Shown: one piece after another, positions 27,851-33,374 of the stretch
Position numbering within the stretch: the stretch's first letter is position 1
How the letters are laid out: every line of letters starts with the position of its first letter
Program-made: the position numbers and the translations under genes
Virus record (IMG/VR): IMGVR_UViG_3300042343_000382
Span: 1-61,662 of that record
Source of the DNA: a virus
Taxonomy: Duplodnaviria; Caudoviricetes
Reading direction: 5' to 3' (one strand)
DNA: 61,662 bases
Notes under the pieces: model-generated
Told to the model about the DNA's origin: nothing
Database searches by the model: none
What the model saw: the letters and a program-made list of their open reading frames with translations, nothing else

Positions 27851-28075
27851 ATGAGTGTGATATTAAGAAGGCACGAGGCTCAAACAAACGACAACTACAT
27901 AGCGCTCAGGAACGCAGACAATGTTTTTATTATGCCAAAGTTCAGTCACGTTATGATGGACAACAGGCTCGTAGAGGTAAACATACCTGAGAGTTACTAC
28001 AAGATAAACAGAGAGGCTATAGATTCTATGGCAAGGAACACGCAGGCGTTCATACAAAACTTAAGAGAGATATGA
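27851..28075 (+). CDS. Hypothetical protein
   Basis: 74 aa, operon spacing. Confidence 0.7.
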   Translation: MSVILRRHEAQTNDNYIALRNADNVFIMPKFSHVMMDNRLVEVNIPESYYKINREAIDSMARNTQAFIQNLREI

Positions 28076-28221
28076 AGAACAAGAAAGCAGAGAAGGAGAT
28101 GCACCGCTTCGATAAGTGGATGCGCACAAGGGTAAAGAGTATACACTACGCAGACAACAAGCGTATGTCAGAGGCGTTCGAGAGGGTGTACAATAATATA
28201 AACGGTACCACCATAAAGTAA
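28072..28221 (+). CDS. Hypothetical protein (49 aa)
   Basis: MKNKKAEKEMHRFDKWMRTRVK...; ATGA overlap. Confidence 0.6.
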   Translation: MKNKKAEKEMHRFDKWMRTRVKSIHYADNKRMSEAFERVYNNINGTTIK

Positions 28222-28340
28222 TCCTTGTAAACGCTACAATGTAGGCCGAGGTGATGGTCGTGTCGCTGTGTGTGGGTGGTGCCAATGTTTTCATGACACA
28301 CACAAATCACCTTATGCGTGACTGCTCGGAGAGACGGGCT
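28204..28340 (+). ncRNA. Candidate pseudoknotted structured RNA
   Basis: Pairings AGGTGAT/ATCACCT, TGTGTGTG/CACACACA, GGTACCACC/GGTGGTGCC and terminal GCTCG-GAGAGA-CGGGC. Confidence 0.55.
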
Positions 28341-28369
28341 TAATTATTAACTTTAAAAAACAAAATAAA

Positions 28370-28771
28370 ATGGGAAGCGTAATTGACTATATAGAATGTC
28401 CTAACTGCAAACAAGAAGCATTTAGTGATTACTATTACAAAACAGATGAAGAATATATTAACTGCAATAGTTGTGGTTATCATTACTCTTTTATTATCAA
28501 AAGAGATGACGAGGGTAAAATGATAAAAATAGATGAGAGTAAGGACTTTGCTATTGATAATGTAGTAAGAGAAACAAATGAACTTAAAGAACCTTACGGT
28601 GCATATAGAATTAAACACTATGATTCCTTGGCAACACAATGTGGTTCATTATCTAACAAGTCAGAGTTTAATGATTTAGTTCATCACGTCATAGACAATG
28701 ATAAAAATATTGAATACGCATCGGTATCAAAACTTATAAACGAAAACATAATAACAGAAACATTAAAATAA
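28370..28771 (+). CDS. Zinc-ribbon protein
   Basis: CPNC...CNSCGY. Confidence 0.75.
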   Translation: MGSVIDYIECPNCKQEAFSDYYYKTDEEYINCNSCGYHYSFIIKRDDEGKMIKIDESKDFAIDNVVRETNELKEPYGAYRIKHYDSLATQCGSLSNKSEFNDLVHHVIDNDKNIEYASVSKLINENIITETLK

Positions 28772-28772
28772 A

Positions 28773-29153
28773 ATGGAACAAGTATTTAAACAGGCTAGCA
28801 GGGATGGTATATCGACAAGGCTAACGACTCCAGTATCGGAGTCATACATCTACAAGGGTGTAAAGATAATAAAGGATGAGGACGGGATCCGCGTGCTGAA
28901 CACAAAGTTTAACGGGGACTACTACCAAGAGGTGACGGATGAGGAGTACGTGATATTCGAGAAGAACGGATGGAGAACTGGGTGCTACCTAGTAGCCACG
29001 AGTAATAACCGCAAGGCTCTGAACATAATCTCTGAGAAGATACAGGAGGAGATTAAGACAATGAAGAACCTGAAGAGGTACCATATGCTGGTGAGGTACA
29101 GGGACGTTGTCATACACAGGTTCGTAACAACCTTAGAACTATTGAGACAATGA
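28773..29153 (+). CDS. Hypothetical protein
   Basis: 126 aa. Confidence 0.75.
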   Translation: MEQVFKQASRDGISTRLTTPVSESYIYKGVKIIKDEDGIRVLNTKFNGDYYQEVTDEEYVIFEKNGWRTGCYLVATSNNRKALNIISEKIQEEIKTMKNLKRYHMLVRYRDVVIHRFVTTLELLRQ

Positions 29154-29419
29154 GAAAAGAAGACATTAAAATATTTATCGACGGCATAGAGAACCCTGCT
29201 GAACCGAACCAAGCGCTTAAGGATGCTGCTGAAAGATATATAGCAGGAGATAATTATAACAGGTACTATGATGATTTTATTGAAGGTGCTAAATGGCAAT
29301 CAGAAAGAAGTTATAGTGAGGAAGAAGTGATAGAATTTGGAGAGTTTATATTTAAACATACTCTATTAGCACATTCCAAAGGAGTTAAAAATTTATTTGA
29401 ACAATTTAAAAACAAATAA
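29150..29419 (+). CDS. Hypothetical protein, YSEEEV family copy 1
   Basis: FIEGAKWQSERSYSEEEV...FEQFKNK. Confidence 0.75.
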   Translation: MRKEDIKIFIDGIENPAEPNQALKDAAERYIAGDNYNRYYDDFIEGAKWQSERSYSEEEVIEFGEFIFKHTLLAHSKGVKNLFEQFKNK

Positions 29420-29420
29420 G

Positions 29421-29660
29421 ATGACAGCAAAAGAACTAATTTTATCTATGGGATGGGACTACGAGAACACAGAGATGTCTGCTAGGTTTGTGGCAGAGCA
29501 CGCAGTAAAGACTATGTATAGTGAGGAAGAAGTTATTGAACTATTACAAAAAGCACTCACACATAAAGATGATGGGGAAACAGGTAGTTTAGTTACAGCA
29601 CAAGGGGAAATAAGAACAGCTAACTTTTTTAGTTGGTTTAACAAATTTAAAAACAAATAA
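29421..29660 (+). CDS. Hypothetical protein, YSEEEV family copy 2
   Basis: MTAKELI...MYSEEEV...FNKFKNK; start taken at 29421. Confidence 0.75.
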   Translation: MTAKELILSMGWDYENTEMSARFVAEHAVKTMYSEEEVIELLQKALTHKDDGETGSLVTAQGEIRTANFFSWFNKFKNK

Positions 29661-29661
29661 T

Positions 29662-29862
29662 ATGGAGACAAATAAGTCTGGACTTGAGTACCTGATCAGT
29701 GAGATACTGCACGAGCAAGAAACTTACCTTGACGACGAAGGAGATCTGACCGACACTCCACGTGTTCAGTATATGAATAGCTTCAAGTCACACGTCGACC
29801 TGACAAAGTATGTTGAGAAGGCTAGGGAGATTGATAAAAAAAATAACAAAAAATTAGTATAA
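29662..29862 (+). CDS. Hypothetical protein
   Basis: 66 aa. Confidence 0.7.
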   Translation: METNKSGLEYLISEILHEQETYLDDEGDLTDTPRVQYMNSFKSHVDLTKYVEKAREIDKKNNKKLV

Positions 29863-29889
29863 TTAAATAATAATTAATATATTCGCAGA

Positions 29890-30468
29890 ATGGAAAATGT
29901 ATTTAAAAAGTTGTCAGAGATAAATATCTCAGATAAAATCGAGAAGAAAGGTAACCAAGATTACCTAAGTTGGTCAAACGCGTGGGCTATTGTTAAGTCA
30001 ATATACCCAGACGTAAAGAGAACAGTGTATGAGGACTATCATACAGGAGTAAACTACTTCAACGATGGTCGCTCAGCCTACGTGAAGGTTGGTATTACAA
30101 TTAACGATCAGGAGTACATCGACTACTTGCCAGTGATGAGTTATAACAACAAGTCTATACCTTTAGAGCAAGTAACCTCTATGGATGTGAACAAGACAAT
30201 TCAGAGAGCCACAGTTAAAGCATTGGCGTATCATGGATTAGGATTGAAACTTTGGAGTGGAGAAGATCTAATTGACTCAGTAAAGACAGCCAAAACTACA
30301 TCCACAAAGATCGATCTGGCTGTGAATGATACGAACTGGGCAGGTGTTGTTAACTACATTACAGCCAATAAAACAAAGCTTGACTTAGCTACTATAGTTA
30401 AGAACCTTAGTGTAAAGTATAATTTGAGCACCGCAGTTAAGAAGGCGCTCGGTGATTTAATGAAATAA
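29890..30468 (+). CDS. Sak/Rad52-like single-strand annealing protein
   Basis: IEKKGNQDYLSWSNAW...LPVMSYNNK...DVNKTIQRATVKALAYHGLGL.LW.GED; next to exonuclease. Confidence 0.85.
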   Translation: MENVFKKLSEINISDKIEKKGNQDYLSWSNAWAIVKSIYPDVKRTVYEDYHTGVNYFNDGRSAYVKVGITINDQEYIDYLPVMSYNNKSIPLEQVTSMDVNKTIQRATVKALAYHGLGLKLWSGEDLIDSVKTAKTTSTKIDLAVNDTNWAGVVNYITANKTKLDLATIVKNLSVKYNLSTAVKKALGDLMK

Positions 30469-30469
30469 T

Positions 30470-31201
30470 ATGAGCAAAGTAATAGAACAACTAAGAAATG
30501 ACGCTGACTACTATGGCGACTACGGTTCTAAATACCTGTCTAACAGTTCAGTAGGAGTTCTGCTGTCAAACCCAAAACTATTTGGAGTTAAACAACCTCC
30601 TACAGTTCCAATGCTTAGAGGAAGTTATTTTCATACAGCTATATTAGAGCCACACAAGTTAGATAGCTTTGAAATTGTTGAGGCATCAACAAGGTCAACA
30701 AATATATACAAGGACGCTGTATCACACTCATCATCAGAAATTTTGTTGTTAAAAAATGAGGTAGAAGATTTAGAGGAAATGATAAAAACAATAAAATCTA
30801 ATTTTTATTTTTATGAAAATATATACAGAGAGGGTAATATATTTGAAGAACCAGCAGTCGGAGAAATTTTTGGATTGCCTTTTAAAGGTAAGGCAGATAT
30901 AGTGAGTGAAGATATTCTTATAGATATAAAAACAACATCAAGCGTTAGAGATTTTCGTTACTCAGCTAAGAAATATAACTACGATAGTCAATGTTATATA
31001 TACAGTCAACTATTTGGAAAGCCATTAGTGTTTTATGTTATAGACAGCGCGACTAAAGAATTAGCTGTATACGAGCCTAGTGAAGACTTTATATTAGGTG
31101 GTCGTGACAAGGTGATGAGAGCCATCGAGGTGTACAAGAAGTTCTTTAGCAAGGACGCGACTGAGGATATTAACAACTACTTTATACAGGATACATTATG
31201 A
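30470..31201 (+). CDS. PD-(D/E)XK exonuclease (RecE/exonuclease VIII-like)
   Basis: LSNS, GSYFHTAILEP, KGKADIV...DIKTT, YNYDSQCYIY. Confidence 0.85.
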   Translation: MSKVIEQLRNDADYYGDYGSKYLSNSSVGVLLSNPKLFGVKQPPTVPMLRGSYFHTAILEPHKLDSFEIVEASTRSTNIYKDAVSHSSSEILLLKNEVEDLEEMIKTIKSNFYFYENIYREGNIFEEPAVGEIFGLPFKGKADIVSEDILIDIKTTSSVRDFRYSAKKYNYDSQCYIYSQLFGKPLVFYVIDSATKELAVYEPSEDFILGGRDKVMRAIEVYKKFFSKDATEDINNYFIQDTL

Positions 31202-31461
31202 GTTCTGAGCAGATAGTTAAGGAGTTGGTTGATAAGTTTAACGAGACCTCTGCAAATAATAAGAAATTTTATTTTACATTTGTGCAGAAGGAGGAGTATA
31301 TGAACATAGAGTTCGGCATCTCTGAGGAGAACTGCTTCGTATTCAAGGAGTACATAAAGAAGAACGCGGACGCAGACGCACTTAGGGAGAAGTTATTCAC
31401 GAGGTTTATAAACGACGTGTTTACTAGGATGTTTGATCTGATAAAGAGGAATAAATTTTAA
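31198..31461 (+). CDS. Hypothetical protein
   Basis: 87 aa. Confidence 0.7.
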   Translation: MSSEQIVKELVDKFNETSANNKKFYFTFVQKEEYMNIEFGISEENCFVFKEYIKKNADADALREKLFTRFINDVFTRMFDLIKRNKF

Positions 31462-31469
31462 AATAAAAG

Positions 31470-31568
31470 TGTAGTGTGGCGGAATGGTAAACGCTAAGCG
31501 TAGTAAGGTAAGCTGACAGACGACGTAAAACAACTTGCCGTGCAGGTTCGAATCCTGCCACTACACCA
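31470..31568 (+). ncRNA. tRNA-like RNA 1 (no canonical anticodon arm)
   Basis: Acceptor TGTAGTG/CACTACA, D-arm TGGCGGAATGGTAAACGC, T-arm GCAGG-TTCGAAT-CCTGC, 3' ...ACCA; middle is a linker plus GGTAAGCTG/CAACTTGCC hairpin. Confidence 0.75.
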
Positions 31569-31642
31569 AAAAAATCGTCTTGGTAAAACAAGTTAAGTGA
31601 TGCACGTAAGTCATAGCAGGTTAAGCGATATCCTGCAAATTG

Positions 31643-32002
31643 GGGGGTGACTGGTTTTGACAGGTTACCAATAATTAATACAATCAGCCAGAGAGACAAC
31701 TGTAAACTAAGGTGAATTTTTTAAATGGCAATACAAACACTCGTGTAGTATCTCTAGGAGACAACGCACAAATTGAAGCTAACATGAACAAAGTATTCTC
31801 TTTATTGAGAGAAGAAGTTGGTGTAGCAGCCTAAACATTCAAAGGATTTCTCTGTTAGATTAAACAGAGTGGTGGTTTCGCTGACTTAATTGTCGGCCCT
31901 AGAGTGCGCCTGTAGACTCTTTAAATAAGTATAGGGACAAAAGCTGTATAAATTGTATTAATGAACGTAGTTTGGACGTGGGTTCGACTCCCACCACCTC
32001 CA
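31643..32002 (+). ncRNA. ssrA: tmRNA
   Basis: 5' GGGGGTGACTGGTTTTGACAG, 3' GGACGTGGGTTCGACTCCCACCACCTCCA, G3:U70 and A discriminator, 11-bp helix ATTAATACAAT/ATTGTATTAAT, internal frame ending ...VAA*. Confidence 0.93.
31727..31834 (+). other. tmRNA tag reading frame (35 aa)
   Basis: After TTAAAT: GNTNTRVVSLGDNAQIEANMNKVFSLLREEVGVAA*; resume codon inferred from analogy to the Bacteroidota GGC resume context. Confidence 0.7.
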
Positions 32003-32127
32003 CTAATGCAGTTCAATTCTGCTCGGTTACTGAGAATTGGTATCTAAATGAGGCTCGAAACCTCCTCGTATGTCGAGATTAGTAGCGCTAGGTGGCGTCA
32101 GTATGACAGCTTGGAAAGACAAGCAAA
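32003..32127 (+). ncRNA. Candidate multi-hairpin RNA between tmRNA and tRNA-like RNA 2
   Basis: GCAG-TTCAATT-CTGC, CTCGG/CTGAG, GAGG-CTCGAAA-CCTC, CTCG/CGAG, GCTTG-GAAAGA-CAAGC. Confidence 0.5.
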
Positions 32128-32234
32128 AGTCAAGTGGTGTAAGTGGGAATGAATACCACCTAGGGATAACATAGTGACTGAGATAGCATCTCTTAATTTG
32201 TCACTGGATGAAGGTTCGAATCCTTTCTTGACTA
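32128..32234 (+). ncRNA. tRNA-like RNA 2 (no canonical anticodon arm)
   Basis: Acceptor AGTCAAG/CTTGACT + A, D-like TGGTGT/ATACCA, T-arm GAAGG-TTCGAAT-CCTTT; middle is a linker plus AGTGAC/GTCACT stem enclosing GAGAT/ATCTC. Confidence 0.7.
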
Positions 32235-32259
32235 CTATTAATATTTAAATTTAATTACA

Positions 32260-32523
32260 ATGGAAAAAATTTTTGCAGATGGTTTCGTATTCAAGAGAAA
32301 CGAAAAGGCACCAGACTTCGTGGTGGGAAACATCAGTGTTAAGGTTGAGGAGGCTGTAGCCTTCTTGAAGCAACACACTAAGAACGGATGGGTTAACCTA
32401 CAGGTTAAGAACTCTCAAGGTGGTAAGTACTACATCGAGTTGGACACGTTCGAGCCTAAGGCACAACAGCAGGCTCCTGCTCAACAGCCAGAGCCAGTGA
32501 ATGATGGTACGCTACCATTCTAA
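32260..32523 (+). CDS. Putative single-stranded DNA-binding protein
   Basis: Small beta-rich core, Q/P linker, tail ending DGTLPF; near Sak and exonuclease. Confidence 0.65.
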   Translation: MEKIFADGFVFKRNEKAPDFVVGNISVKVEEAVAFLKQHTKNGWVNLQVKNSQGGKYYIELDTFEPKAQQQAPAQQPEPVNDGTLPF

Positions 32524-32530
32524 ATTAACC

Positions 32531-32555
32531 AAGCCCCTTTCACTAGGGGCTTTTT
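32531..32555 (+). terminator. Rho-independent terminator
   Basis: AAGCCCC-tttcacta-GGGGCTT followed by TTT. Confidence 0.85.
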
Positions 32556-32569
32556 AAACCTTTATTATT

Positions 32570-32785
32570 ATGACACTAAAAGAAAAGTTTGAAACAAAAT
32601 CTTCAATAGACACTACAAAAGAAGCTAAAGTATTTGCAAAAGAATGCGAACTAATAGCAGATGAATTTGCTATTGGATTTGCAGAGTGGTTTTTAAATTT
32701 ATCTAAATCAGATGATTGGGAAAAATTTGATTATAATACCACAGAAAAACTATTAGAAATTTATAAAAAAGAAAATAAGTTATGA
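32570..32785 (+). CDS. Hypothetical protein, FAI.FA.W family copy 1
   Basis: EFAIGFAEWF...KLLEIYKKE. Confidence 0.75.
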   Translation: MTLKEKFETKSSIDTTKEAKVFAKECELIADEFAIGFAEWFLNLSKSDDWEKFDYNTTEKLLEIYKKENKL

Positions 32786-33036
32786 GAGCACAGGACTTTT
32801 TAGATGGAGCATTAAAGGATTTAAAATTTAGAGTTTCATTTCCTGGAGAGTTAGTTACTACACAGGAAAATGTAAATAACTTTGCTATTAGATTTGCATC
32901 GTGGTGTGTTAAAAAAAGAATAGACTTCTTTGATAGCACAGAAATTGGAGAGACGTATACTATTGACGGCAATGTCAGTAAATATAAAATGAATGAACTA
33001 CTAGAAATCTATAAACAAGAAATAGAGAAACTATGA
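32782..33036 (+). CDS. Hypothetical protein, FAI.FA.W family copy 2
   Basis: NFAIRFASWC...ELLEIYKQE. Confidence 0.75.
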   Translation: MRAQDFLDGALKDLKFRVSFPGELVTTQENVNNFAIRFASWCVKKRIDFFDSTEIGETYTIDGNVSKYKMNELLEIYKQEIEKL

Positions 33037-33374
33037 ACAAAAATAAAATGAAGGCAATATCGGAGGCTTACGATAGGATTCGAGCGATAGAGAACGACAT
33101 ACGGATCATACAGGCTACAGCCGAGAAGGTGCTTGACAAGAACACCGTCTCCTGGCTGTCACTAGACTTTGAGGACGACCTCCTTAATAGTATGCAGACG
33201 CAGACCTGGACTACTCAAACTACAACAGGATCGTTCTTTATGTCTAGTGAGGTGAAGCCTGAGGAGGACAACGGATTTAGTATGGACATACCCGACACGG
33301 TTACCCTTGAAATTCTTGGGGTTATATTAAGATACAAACAACAACTTATTCAAAATGAAAATAACAATATTTAA
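33033..33374 (+). CDS. Hypothetical protein
   Basis: 113 aa. Confidence 0.7.
   Translation: MNKNKMKAISEAYDRIRAIENDIRIIQATAEKVLDKNTVSWLSLDFEDDLLNSMQTQTWTTQTTTGSFFMSSEVKPEEDNGFSMDIPDTVTLEILGVILRYKQQLIQNENNNI

Noticed and set aside
31424-31699. Track ORF of 91 aa on minus strand
   Set aside because: Antisense shadow of the tRNA-like RNA and tmRNA
32044-32085. Second hammerhead suggested by CTAAATGAG..CGAAAC
   Set aside because: Core deviates from CUGANGA and no stem I pairing can be made
32050-32105. HDV-like (theta) ribozyme suggested by ACCTCCTCGT downstream of tmRNA
   Set aside because: P3 has a mismatch, no P2 or P1.1 partner fits, and it does not abut the tmRNA 3' end
31470-32234. Calling the two tRNA-like elements canonical tRNAs with anticodons
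   Set aside because: No 5-bp stem with 7-nt loop at the anticodon position in either
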